A stretch of DNA of 64,000 nucleotides from Schizochytrium sp. TIO01 (GCA_004764695.1 SMSO01000007.1:2177270-2241269); one strand, 5' to 3'; counted from the stretch's first letter, positions 10,296 through 21,465 are shown. Numbers and translations are program-made. Notes: generated from the sequence alone by a model not told the origin.

Positions 10296-11969
10296 TTACA
10301 GGCGGTTAGGCTGATTTTGAATGCGCTTAAAGGTGGAGCGGAAGAAACCTTTGCGTCCAAAAGCATTATCCTTGGTTTCAATTGCTACAGGAATATTGAA
10401 GCAGGAGTCTGGGTTCTCCATAAAAGGCTGCATTTCTTCCTTTTCTGTTGTGATCGCAATAAAGCGCTTGCCCTTGTGTGGCCCAGAGGTAATATCACCA
10501 ACACAACTGACTAAGTCTGGGCCTGTCGCAGCCTTTGAGTGTGTGGCAGTAAAGGTGCGAACGACACCTGTGCAAGTGCCAGGATTCTTGACACACTCTC
10601 GCGGGGGGTATTGCTTGCGGATGTCATCAAGAGCGTTAGACAAATCTGGGCGCACAAAAACTCGTTCTTGCGGCGGAGGTGTTGTACTGTAAATTCCTAC
10701 AGCGTGCTTCGAGGTTACGCCTCCATTCGCAGTCACCATGCCAAATGTTCCAGGGTCACGCCGAAGGTGCTCAACCATGGCAGCAATGCTATGCGTGACA
10801 TAGTTGTTGCCAGGCCCACCGTGGTAAGGTAGACCTCCAGTAACTGTTAGAAGGTGAGAATCTTTTTCGATGTCGATCACTTTGTCAATGCCAATTTCCC
10901 TACAGGATAGTCTGACAGCAACAGGGAAGCACGAGTAAACGTCATAGTACTTGATATCTGCAACTGAAAGTCCGGACATTTTCAACGCTGCTTCGCCGGC
11001 GAGTTTCATTCCAAAGCAGCGGTCAAAGACTGGTTTCTCTAAAACACGAAGTGCAGCATCTTCACAATCTCCACAACCGTGCAAGTAGACCATCTTTGAT
11101 TGTGGCACCCCAATTGCCTTGGCACGAGTCTCGGACATGACAAGAACGCTAGCAGCTTGGTTAACATCCATCACAGCGCACTGGAACTTCGGGTAAGGAA
11201 ACGCGACCATGCGATTTTCGTCAGACACGTTAGCGATCTCCTCTGCGGTTCTTGGTGTCGGGAACCAGCTCTGATCGCTGTTCTCCGGCGCTGACGCTAC
11301 TTTGTTATATCCAGCAAAGAGATTTCCATTACTGCGCCGGCGCTCCTCCTCGCTGACACCGTCCGAGTGTCGGAGGCCTTGCTCGAGAAGAGCATAAGAG
11401 TGAGGCATCTGAGCAACGCCGTGAATAACGTCTTGGGAAGATGTCATTCGCAATTTTTTGCCCCACTCAGGACCCTTTTCTTGCGTATCTCCCCAGCGAA
11501 AAACCTTGCCCTCCTCACTGGTGCGCTCAATGTCTGCACGGGGTTGCAGCTTCTTCTTGAGGGCTTGGGTATAGGAATCAAGAGCCTCTGCGCCGGTAAT
11601 GACAGCACATTCAATTTCTCCCTTAGTAATACGCTCTGCAATCATGTTCACGCTCACCTGAGGTGTATTACCTCCGACGGGGCCCTTCAGCAGATTTTCA
11701 GGCTTCACGTTGCGAAGTTCGAGACGATCGGCCACATCCTTTGCAGGGTGATTATACGTAGACGACTTCTTGGGGAACGATCTTGATTCACCAAACATGT
11801 CAATATAGTATACTGCATCAACGTCATTCGTTGTAACGCCGGCATCCAGCAATGCGAGTTTAGTTGCTTCCACACTCAGGTCCACAGCATCGGATGCATC
11901 GTCCAGCGATTCGGGTCTTCTCTGCGTCAGGCGACCTACGCCCACTAAAACTGCCCTTGATGCCGGCAT
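10296..11969 (-). CDS. Thiolase-like protein / acetyl-CoA acetyltransferase of the bacterial (TLP-like, GGNxPQ / YSCFP) type
   Basis: Motifs VLVGVG, GGNTPQ, NRMVAFPYPK, VNQAASV, DVYSCFP, LTVTGGLPYHGGPGNNY, TANGG..SKHAVGIYS. Confidence 0.88.
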   Translation of the reverse strand: MPASRAVLVGVGRLTQRRPESLDDASDAVDLSVEATKLALLDAGVTTNDVDAVYYIDMFGESRSFPKKSSTYNHPAKDVADRLELRNVKPENLLKGPVGGNTPQVSVNMIAERITKGEIECAVITGAEALDSYTQALKKKLQPRADIERTSEEGKVFRWGDTQEKGPEWGKKLRMTSSQDVIHGVAQMPHSYALLEQGLRHSDGVSEEERRRSNGNLFAGYNKVASAPENSDQSWFPTPRTAEEIANVSDENRMVAFPYPKFQCAVMDVNQAASVLVMSETRAKAIGVPQSKMVYLHGCGDCEDAALRVLEKPVFDRCFGMKLAGEAALKMSGLSVADIKYYDVYSCFPVAVRLSCREIGIDKVIDIEKDSHLLTVTGGLPYHGGPGNNYVTHSIAAMVEHLRRDPGTFGMVTANGGVTSKHAVGIYSTTPPPQERVFVRPDLSNALDDIRKQYPPRECVKNPGTCTGVVRTFTATHSKAATGPDLVSCVGDITSGPHKGKRFIAITTEKEEMQPFMENPDSCFNIPVAIETKDNAFGRKGFFRSTFKRIQNQPNRL

Positions 11970-12967
11970 CTTTCCCTACTCCACTTAGGACCTCCAAACC
12001 CAATCTAATGATCTAAGCAGCTAGTTCTAAGCTAGGCTTTCCAGGATTTTAATCTGGTTCTGCTGCCAACACCTCTTCTCACAAAGCCTTGGTTTGCTGT
12101 GTGATAACTTTAAAAAGATAGCAGCACGCAGTACTACACTAGAGTACCTATAGGCATTAGGTAAGTGATTCTGTTGACATAAATTACACAACTGCTCAAC
12201 CTGGATGCCAAGCACTACCTACTACCTACTACAATATTCTTCATCATGTTGGTTGTGAGCCATGTCACTATTCGTGATGGGGTAGTGATGATGATGATGA
12301 AGTCTGGATGAGAAGAAGGAAATACCCATGCATCTAAATCTTTCGATGTGATAGAGTTTCACCTAACTGACATGAGAGTATCACTAATATGCAAAAACTC
12401 TTTCGTCTCAGTCCGCTACGGTGTGGAGCGGACTAGAAAGCTTAAGATCGTCATGATGTTATCTCAACGGACAGGACAAAGAACCACGAAAGCAATATGA
12501 AGGTATTATGGACTATGATTTTTGACTCGATGATGCAGCAGCATGATCACAGTCCGTCGCTTGGGTGTATTGAGGTATGCGAATAAGGATAGCTCAACAT
12601 GTGGATAGTAGGTCTTCTGAGACATATAGACCCCGCAGAAGTTCTGCTGATGTTCTTGCTAGGCAGCCGTCTTCACATTTAAATGCTAGCTTTGCGATGG
12701 CAACCTGTACTTGAGGTTCATCACTGTAAGAAGGCCTTCAATTCTCACTTTTTCGAAACACAATGCATGTTGCATCCTCATTATATGCTATTGCGATGGT
12801 CAAGCTGAGGTTCTACCTTGAATCATAATAATCAACTTTATCTTCTTATTCAGTATCATTCACTGATATTCGCTTTAAAATGGTAAGATTACCACTCCCT
12901 GTACACTGCGAATGTGATATGTTGAGCTCTTACAGTATTTTTACCTAGTTAAATGCAGATATCTACA

Positions 12968-13693
12968 TTATTCTTCGAACCATGGAAATGAGAGATGAAT
13001 TTGAAATAATCTAAAGCCGGACCAAAATCCCATGCTCTTTAGTGTCCTAAACGAGCTCCACTCTGTAAATTGAAGCCCGGAGGCAGTTTTGAATTTCTTA
13101 TTACTCACGTTGACACACAAGCTGTCTTCATATGTTCCGTTTGATTCAGAGTATCTTGATGAAATGTATAACCACCACTCTCAGGCAAGTTGACTCAGAG
13201 GTTTCACTGTGAGTTTTCAACGGAGCGAAAAGTCAGTTTCGTGTCTAGTTACTTCCCCGCTGAAACGGACGTTTTTTATGTCTTTACTTGCGTCGAAATT
13301 TCAGTAATCGTAATTAAGCAATCCATTGTAAGGTTTCCGTAATTCTCGAATGAGTTCTCCTCGAACAACCTCAAGCACTGCTCCGCGATCCAAAGCCGTC
13401 TTCATCACCCTAAACAAAAGCAGCTCTACATTCGTAGCCACAACTTGCTTGCTCGAATCTTGTCAGGTCACTCAAGACTTTGTGTTGTGCATGCCGCGGC
13501 AAAGGCACACTCTCGCTGTTCATCCTCTTGAGCTCTGCGTGAGCGAGATATCGGTGGCTCCATCGTCGGATTGTCCAAGGTGGGTCCGCTTTTGATGTTG
13601 GCGGCCGATCCACCGCAAGTCGCGGAACACGAGTTTTGAGTTGAACTTCTTCGAAAGTCACGATCGAAGATGAATGAGAATACCAATCGTCAT
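12968..13693 (-). pseudogene. Interrupted reading frame (242 codons, seven in-frame TGA); decayed gene or recoded ORF
   Basis: gccATG at 13693 to TAA at 12970-12968, with TGA at codons 12, 58, 74, 77, 131, 159 and 171 and no internal TAA/TAG. Contains a protein-like stretch VELLLFRVMKTALDRGAVLEVVRGELIRELRKPY. GC-rich promoter-like DNA lies upstream. Confidence 0.35.
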
Positions 13694-14779
13694 GGCTGTC
13701 TGTGCCTAGTAGAGTAAGCTAGGTAGCGATAGATGGCGAAAAGGAAGAATGAAAGAGTGTGTGCGCGAGCGAGTTGGCGCAAGCAAGTCAGGAAGGCAGG
13801 AATCGAGGCGCCATCATTCACGTTCTCACTCTTCGTGAATAGCTAGCTAGCTGCCTTCGGGTTCTTCGCACACCGGTCGAGGGTCGCTCTGCCGAGTGGT
13901 CCGGGTCTGCCTGCGTCGCGAGTTCCGATCCTGCCCGCGTTCCATGTTGCGCATTCATCTTGAAGATATAGCGCCTCCTTGAAACCGAGAGAGTCAGAGG
14001 CAGAAATACTTAGTAACACTACCTACCACCTTGAAAGTTAGCCAAAAAATTCAAGATGGAGCCTCCTTTCCAAGCCCCAACTTAAACCTCGCTGCACATG
14101 AAGACAGTCAGTCAGTCAGCACGCAGCTTATGGCCACGGCGCCGCCGCGATGCCACCGAGGGTGAGTTGATAGTTTAAGCCAAGATATTCGCAGTCGAGT
14201 ATCTCGAAAGGTGAGAACCATTTGCGGTGTCGCGTGCCTTTCGTTTAGTCCACTCTACTACGCGCTAAATATGTTATAGATGGCTATTTTCAGATAGATA
14301 GATAGATAGATAGCTGAGCTTTATTTATGGAAATGAGGTCTCAGTCTCATCACCCTACTTATAAACACTATTTTTATAAAGTAATAAAAAGTTCTTACGC
14401 ATGAGAGGTCAACACTTGAACTAGAAACGATAACCGACCGTTCGATCGACGCTTTCCTAAGCCAGACGAAAGTCGTGTCTGTCATGGCAGAGCATCGAGT
14501 GCGCCGAAGGCTGCTCGAAGTAAGCCGTAGTAGGCCTCGCCTCCACTCACGCTAACTGCCAGCAGAGGAGTCAGCGGAGGCTTGCTGCGCTTCCTGCTTC
14601 GTCTCTCTTCCGTCTTAACTTTCTCCGTAAATCGAATAATTTAGCGAATCAATGATCAATTGATAATTTCGCCTGTACAATTAATTGCATACTCATCAGG
14701 AAGGAGAGATCTCCAATACGCTGGTTGTAAACGTGAACTGAGGAAGGTCCTAGGCACCCTCCAGGCTGAGTCCGTTTAA

Positions 14780-14886
14780 ATTGAATTGAATTGAGTTGAA
14801 CTGAATTGACTTTATTTTGCTTTGTTTTGTTTTGTTTGGTCTGGTTTGGTTTTGCTTGGTTGATTTGATTTGATTTGATTTGATTT
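14780..14886. repeat. Compound pentanucleotide microsatellite (TTGAA / TTTTG / TTTGG / TTTGA)
   Basis: Tandem 5-mers read directly from the sequence. Confidence 0.85.
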
Positions 14887-15643
14887 CTTCCTTTCTTTGG
14901 AAATTCTAACACATGGCGGGAATATATTTGTAGACATACCTGGAGATCTTCCTCGAGAGTGATTGCTAGTGGCCATATAACGTTATCGATAGCCATCTCC
15001 GCGAGAAGACAGTCAGCTTGATAGACAGACTGAGAAAGAGGAAGGCTTATTTCTTTGATTTGCAGAAAATAGAGCTGAGAAGCAACAATTCTCACAAGAA
15101 CCGCTCAAACCATGAATGAGTGAATGATTTTCATAAAAATGAAGGAATGAGTGATGGCTAAAGCGAGAAAAGAGCGAGAGAACAGTGTTTCTAGCAAGCA
15201 GCTGCTTCTTACTGCCGGCTCTGTGGACCGCGAAAGGCAAAGTACAGACACCCTCGCTCGAAGTGCCGTGCAAGGTGAAAGATCACCGCGAAGCGATTCT
15301 TCTGTGTGATACCTAATAGTAGGCTCTTCAAGGTGCGAGCAAATTCTAAAAAAATTGAGCTCGAGTTTTTCAAAGCATCATCATTCAAGTTTGTTTACGT
15401 ATCTACCATGAGGGTAGGTAGGTGGTACACATAGGTACACTTTCAACAAACTTTTAGTGACGAAGTAAATAAAAATGTTGTTACTTATCTCTCTGAAAAG
15501 AACTGAAGAAAGAATACGCATCGTCAAAACCTGAATACTAATCCCCTCGATTGGAGAGCGGCAAAATAGCCTCCCGGGGACCTGCTTGACGACGGAACTT
15601 GACCCCCCCCCCCACCTAATTCTACGTTGGCAAGGTCGCTAGC

Positions 15644-17781
15644 ATGGCTCGCGGGACTCTGGGCCTCGCTGCCGTGGAGGCCGCTGCCCGTCTCGGAATG
15701 GCCGGCCATGAGGGAAGCTATGGCAGCAACGCTGAGGTCAACGCTCAAGGCTTTGTTAGCGCAGGCCAAGACCGAGACAAACTTAAAGTCATAGGGCCTG
15801 TTCAGGGGCCAAAGATTGAGCGAGAGATGTGTCCAAGCCAAAGGCAAGGCCAGGGCCGAGGTCAAGGTCAAAGCCGAATAGAAACTCATGATGAACACCA
15901 GGATGCACTTGAGGCCAGATTTGCACAGGAGCCACGCGAATTGCTCTTATCACGATTTTTAGTGGCCTGTGAAGGCGATGCAGATGTAGCGGGCCGGGCA
16001 CTGGCACGCGATGTGCACTGGCGCCACAGGATCGGCCTGGATGATCTTTTAACAAAAGACCCGGCGCAAATTCTCGGCTGCGACCCAAGTTTGGTGGCTC
16101 ACAAGGTGCTCTGCAGGGAGGCTGGAGTTGACCGTGCGGGCCGCACTGTTGTGTACTATCTTGGACGTGCATTCGATGCACAAAAATGTAGGTTTGGGGT
16201 TTGAAAAGGCTAGAAACCCTTCAAGCTTAATGGAGATTTCTTACATCGGAATTTTCTCATGACGGTTCCTGTAGTGAAGTGGCTGCTCACAGTTCTTGCA
16301 CTTCAAATTGATCTCATCTTATAATATTTCTAGAGATTGGGACCCTGGGCATGATCAATCGAGTGATTCGCTAACTGAAAACTTTGTATTCTTATCTAAT
16401 TCTTATTTATATGATCTGGTGGGTTCACAACACAGTAATGGAGCTTACAACACCTCAACAATTTCTGCTTTATCACATATGGGTGCGCGAAACAGCGGTG
16501 CGTAGAGCCGCAGCCACAACAAGAGAGAGATCTTCAGGTGATGCAGGCCAGGCAAGCCCGCCATACTACACATGTGTTATGGACCTAAAAGGATGCAAAC
16601 TTGCACAGGCTAATACAACGTTTTACAGCTTGCTACAGCTCGTTTTGGAGGTTGATCAAAACCACTTTCCAGGTGTGGTGGGTCAGGTCGTAATTGTGAA
16701 TGCGCCGTTCTTTTTCACAGTTGTGTGGAAAGTCATTCGTAAATATATCACTCCAGAAATGGAACAGAAAGTGACAATCATTAGTGCAGATAAGTCAAAG
16801 ATCTTTGCTGGACTTTCGGCGTTTATTTCACGAGAGGAAATTCCTGCAGATTATGGTGGCGAAGCTCCAAAGGTTGATTGGTCATCACCTGAGGCAAACT
16901 TACTGTGTTGCTTTAAAGAGAGCTACCAACAGGTACCCGTGGAACCAGTAAGTCCTACATTAGCCCCTACTCCAGAAGAGGATAACCACACGCATAATGT
17001 TCGTCACCAAGATGCCCCAAACCAGGAACGCCATGTTGGTGGATTTACCACACCAATACCATCTGGACCTATAGAGGAGCATGCAGAACTTCAATCAGAC
17101 CAAGGTGGCCACGGGGTTATCACGAACACGGAGATTAGTCGTGGACATGCAGACTCCGAAAATACCGGGAGCCATCACGATCGAGATTTGAGCACCTGGC
17201 TACCACCACACATTGCCGCTCTTGTATATGACCGTAGTGAGCCAGCACGTCCAGGCTTACGTGAGGACTTGCTGCAAGCCATCGAGGACATTTTGGCTGA
17301 GAAGGACAGCTTTGAGCAATATGCTTTGAATGAACGCTTGCGTTTGCGCCGACAATTAAAGGAGCTGTACTTGCTAAATCAAAGCTCTCAGCGGCAGCGG
17401 CAGCTTTCTCTAAACTCGAATTCTATGAGACACTTGCAGGTGTCGCCAAGAGCGCAACAACAACAGCAATGTCAAGATCCGGTGAACTTGCGTGTTGTAA
17501 AAGCTGGCTTGCGAGAACGTGTAAGTAGCTTGCAGGCGCAGGTACAAGCCGCACGTGAGGAGTGCGAGGCCAACGCTCGTGCCGTGAAATTTGCACGCAA
17601 CTATCTGGAGCAAGAGACCTCGCGCCGTGAGCAAGCCCGTGCTGAAGCTGAGCGCACAGTCACTAAGTTGCGAAAAGAGGTTACTGCTCTACACGAAATC
17701 GCCGCAGCATCACTTCCACCCATGGAAATGAAGGAGGTTTCAAATCTCATCCGTGTTCGTTTAGGTTCTTCAGCTCAGTAG
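15644..17781 (+). CDS. SEC14/CRAL-TRIO lipid-binding protein with C-terminal coiled coil; two exons, 15644-16187 and 16436-17781 (629 aa)
   Basis: CRAL-TRIO N motif LLSRFLVACEGD..A...L...WR, then GVDRAGRTV, VMDLKG, DQNHFPG..VIVNAPFFFTVVWKVIR, IPADYGG. Splicing gives in-frame AFDAQKLMELTTPQQFLLYH. Joined length is 1890 nt, divisible by 3. Confidence 0.9.
16188..16435 (+). other. Spliceosomal GT-AG intron (248 nt, phase 1)
   Basis: Donor GTAGGT at 16188, branch-like CTAAC/CTAAT upstream of acceptor CACAG ending at 16435. Removal restores the SEC14 frame. Confidence 0.85.
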
Positions 17782-18500
17782 TCTCCTTTGAATGAGAGCC
17801 AGAGGATTGCTTTGAGGCTAGCTTATCGCCAACAACTCTTTGTGTTCCACAGGAGCTAATTTGCGTGGTCTTGCTTGCGAAGCGTAATATGTTTTACCGT
17901 GCAATGTGTCTTTTTCGTACGGTAATAAACTCCTTCTCTAGAATGAGAAGAAAAACCAGATTGATGTACACTTTTCATTTTAATATAATCGTTTTGGTCA
18001 AAGTGTAATTTCCAATGAAAAGCAGTGCGAAAAGGATAGTTTCTGATGCGCAATGCTAATGTGTCATGATTGAATTAATGAGCAAATAATGTAATAAAAG
18101 TATTTTTTGGATCTATTCATTCTATGAATACGTTTAATGTATATAGGCAATTGTCGATGAAGAAATAACAGCACTCTGTTCGAGCTTGCCAGTCCTCTTA
18201 ACGTTTGGCCTTAAGTTTTTGATCATTTCCTTTGAATTTGCGAGTAGAGAAAGCTTTCTTTTTAAAATTAAAGAAAAGGGTCTAAAGAAATTATCAAAGC
18301 AAGCAAGCAAAAAAGTAACAAGGTTGATGAACACACGATAGGCCGGGTAAAAGGCCACCAGTAGTGGATAAAAACCATTTTGTATGCATGCCATAAGGTC
18401 AGAATTCATGGGTGGCAAATTTTAGATGGTACACTGAGTTGCTACACACTGTTGGCTGGCACGAGGGTGCGCAACAACCCTCGAGCTTCAACGTGACTCG

Positions 18501-20108
18501 CTACACGCTGTCTCCTAAAAATGACTTCATTTTCTCGTAAATGGCAAACTGGATCGCGCTCAGAGGCAATACAGATAATGTTCGTGCCACAGAACCGCTC
18601 CACAACCCTCGAATACCCTCATTACGCGCAACAGAAAAGAGACAGTCAAAGGTGCCCTTATAATGGAAGCGGCGATGAGCAGAGGCCTCGAGGTCCTCGC
18701 GCTGGGTCATAAGACGGACGGACACGACATCGAGCGGGTTGCTCAAAAAGGCGGCAAGACCTCCTGAGCACGCGCCTGCAACCAGATCCTCTGCAGTCTC
18801 TTCGACAGACTCTCGAAGATCTCCCATGTCTGGCAAATTGGTTGGCGCCATGAAGGAAAGTAGGGACTGTTCGGGGGGGCCCAAAGGCGACAGCAGCTCT
18901 TGCTGCTGTTGGATTTTGTGTTTTTCTTCCCGTCTCCGCTTCAACTCGCGCCTGATACGTTCGTAAAATAGAAACTGGAGTCCCGAGGCTGTGCAATCAA
19001 GTAACAAACAGGCTCTATAGCCTGCAAAGAGGCCAGAAATACCCTCAGACCGTGCGATATGCATAAGGCCGCTCACGGTACCGGTATAACCTGGCGAGGA
19101 AGTTTGTAGCCTTGACTTGATGACTTCAAAAGGTACCCATATGAATGAAGACCCAAGTTCAGACACAACTCCTGCGCCCAAGTGAACAAGATCTTCTTGC
19201 CACTCGGTAAGCTCACCACCATTGTCCACATTCGATGCAGCTGTAAGCTCCCTCATGTGTTCCATGCCATAGTGCTTGGACGTTTCATAAACTGCAAAGT
19301 ACAAGGCACTTGAGGGCATGGCCCCAATCAAAGTCGCACTGACGCCCCTGAAAAGGCTCCCAACGCCTTCTTCTGCAATCATAATCCTTGCTGTGCCAAA
19401 GACACCATGGTAGCTATGGTTCGCAACATCTGCGCCCTGAACCTTCAGGCGTGTACTAATCGTATCCAGAGGGTGCATGCACGTTTCTGCAATCATACCT
19501 GCCACAGCTCCTGCCCACGCGTGCACTCCCACGCTCTCCAAAGAGTGTTCGCGCACAGCATTCCCCTCGGTCGCTGATTTTGCGGCCTTCGAATTGTAAA
19601 GTTTTTCATCCATATCAAAATTCACACCAGAACCTGATTCTGAGATATCCGAAGCAGAGCCCTTGTGCATAGATGAGGGTTCGTGGGTAGGATGGTTTCC
19701 GAGGAGACCGTGTCCATGAAGACCGTGACTATGGGCGCCGTGGTCACGAGACCACCTCCTCGGGAGCGTGTTACGCCTTGGGAACGAAACTTGTTGCGCT
19801 TCCCATTGTCCTGGGCTATGCATTGCCAAGGTCTCTACCGCGGGTGTTGAGGCTGAGTTCATAGCCAGCAATTGAAGAGGCGCCCCGATGGAGTTCGATT
19901 GGTATCGTTGTAAACTATTGTTGGGCGTGGAGCCGTCGAAGTCAACAGGGGTAGACGCCATGGCGTTGCTGTGGTCTACCACGGATGATGGAATTGCGTC
20001 AGGTGAGGCGGTGTCGAAGGCGGAGTCATGAGTGATGGGACGTCTGTTCGACGGAGATCGAGCCAGAGAGACCACTCCTCCGACCAACGGGTCGGCCTGG
20101 GGCTGCAT
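18501..20108 (-). CDS. Mitochondrial carrier family (SLC25) protein, SAM-carrier/Mme1-like, with ~190-aa N-terminal extension
   Basis: Three carrier repeats: HPLDTISTRL..EEGVGSLFRG, VPFEVIKSRLQ..SEGISGLFAG, NPLDVVSVRL..NEGIRGLWSG. Also F..YE helix ends. Confidence 0.92.
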   Translation of the reverse strand: MQPQADPLVGGVVSLARSPSNRRPITHDSAFDTASPDAIPSSVVDHSNAMASTPVDFDGSTPNNSLQRYQSNSIGAPLQLLAMNSASTPAVETLAMHSPGQWEAQQVSFPRRNTLPRRWSRDHGAHSHGLHGHGLLGNHPTHEPSSMHKGSASDISESGSGVNFDMDEKLYNSKAAKSATEGNAVREHSLESVGVHAWAGAVAGMIAETCMHPLDTISTRLKVQGADVANHSYHGVFGTARIMIAEEGVGSLFRGVSATLIGAMPSSALYFAVYETSKHYGMEHMRELTAASNVDNGGELTEWQEDLVHLGAGVVSELGSSFIWVPFEVIKSRLQTSSPGYTGTVSGLMHIARSEGISGLFAGYRACLLLDCTASGLQFLFYERIRRELKRRREEKHKIQQQQELLSPLGPPEQSLLSFMAPTNLPDMGDLRESVEETAEDLVAGACSGGLAAFLSNPLDVVSVRLMTQREDLEASAHRRFHYKGTFDCLFSVARNEGIRGLWSGSVARTLSVLPLSAIQFAIYEKMKSFLGDSV

Positions 20109-20899
20109 TGTGCGTCAAGGCAGGGTCCCACGCACCGGCCTCGCCGCATCCATTGACGGCACTGCTTTTCTGTTCTTCTTTCTTCTTTCTTCTTTTCTTT
20201 CTTTCTTTCTTTCTTTCTTTCGAGTTGCGGCGCTCCTTATACCTTTATACCCTGACAGTTTTCAACTAGTTAGCTAGCTAGCTACTATCTATCTATCTAT
20301 TCAATGGTTAAATTATTTTTTTCCGTGAGAAAAGGAAGAAGAAAAGGAGAAAGAAAAAGAAAAGAAAAGAAAAGAAAAGAAGAGCGTCTTTCTTTCTTTC
20401 TTTTCTTTTTATCTTCTCCGTTAGCAACTCTTTCTTTTAGTCGAGTGCTCCAGTTAACGGTAGCCACCAGCTCTAGCGCGTCTGTGCTTTCTCTTGCGCT
20501 CGAGTGGGTGGCGTCTATCTTTGCCCCATCCTTCCTTGCAAAATCCGCGAGATTTGATCTGAGTGCTTGAAGAGCAAGACCGAAAAGGCTCTCTCTCCGC
20601 CCGCTTCTCAGCCTGGCAGGGTCGGCGAGCGGCGGCCTCTCTTGGGCTGTTCTGGGCGACGGTGGTTTGCAGTATGCGCTGCTTTACTCTGGGAAGTTTG
20701 CCACAGAAGTATAGGCCATAGTGGGGGCATCTATAGGCTACTGTGGGCGGGCGGATAGTCCACTGTGTGGGGGGCCTGGAAGTGGGCTATAGCTCTGCGC
20801 AAGTGGAGAATGGGCTCGTGTGGCTGCGCTTGTTCGGCACAAGGCGGAGAAGAGTTGCGCTGTTTTCGTAGTCTGCTTTCCTGAAATCCAAGTCAAAGG

Positions 20900-21361
20900 A
20901 AACAAACAAACGACTTGAAACAAACAAACGACTTGAAACAAACAAACGACTTGAAACAAACAAACAACTTGAAACAAACAACTTGAAACAAACAACTTGA
21001 AACAAACAACTTGAAACAAACAAACAAACAAACAAACAAACAACTTGAAACAAACAAACAAACAAACAAACAAACAAACAAACAAACAAACAAACAAACA
21101 AACAAACAAACAAACAAACAAACAAACAAACAAACAAACAAACAAACAAACAAACAAACAAACAGACAAACAAACAAACAAACAAACAAACAAACAAACA
21201 AACAAACAAACAAACAAACAAACAAACAAACAAACAAACAAACAGACAAACAAACAAACAAACAAACAAACAATCAAACAAACAAACAAACAACTTCAAA
21301 CAAACAAAACAAACAAACAAAACAAACAAACAAAATAAAATGGAACAAACAAAACAAACAA
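20900..21361 (+). repeat. Long (AAAC)n microsatellite with 18-bp and 14-bp derivative units at the 5' end
   Basis: AAACAAACAAACGACTTG x3, then AAACAAACAACTTG units, then near-pure AAAC. Confidence 0.97.
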
Positions 21362-21465
21362 AGCTTGGAAGCTCGCGGATGGATGGATACCTTTAAGCCT
21401 CGGCCGCCTTCTGAGAGTGCCTCCGCTCTCCGTCTGCCCTGAGTGTCTGTCTGCCGGGCTCTCCT

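Noticed and set aside
16384-16435. Hydrophobic N-terminus (MYSYLILIYMIWW) of the 465-aa ORF as a signal peptide
   Set aside because: It is intron sequence; the true frame joins from exon 1.
20900-21020. 18-bp repeats as a CRISPR array or telomere
   Set aside because: No unique spacers, no cas genes, eukaryotic context, and not a TTAGGG-type repeat.
20738-21442. ORFs of FVCL / KQTN repeats (also at 40600-41203)
   Set aside because: They are translations of AAAC/GTTT microsatellites, open in several frames on both strands.
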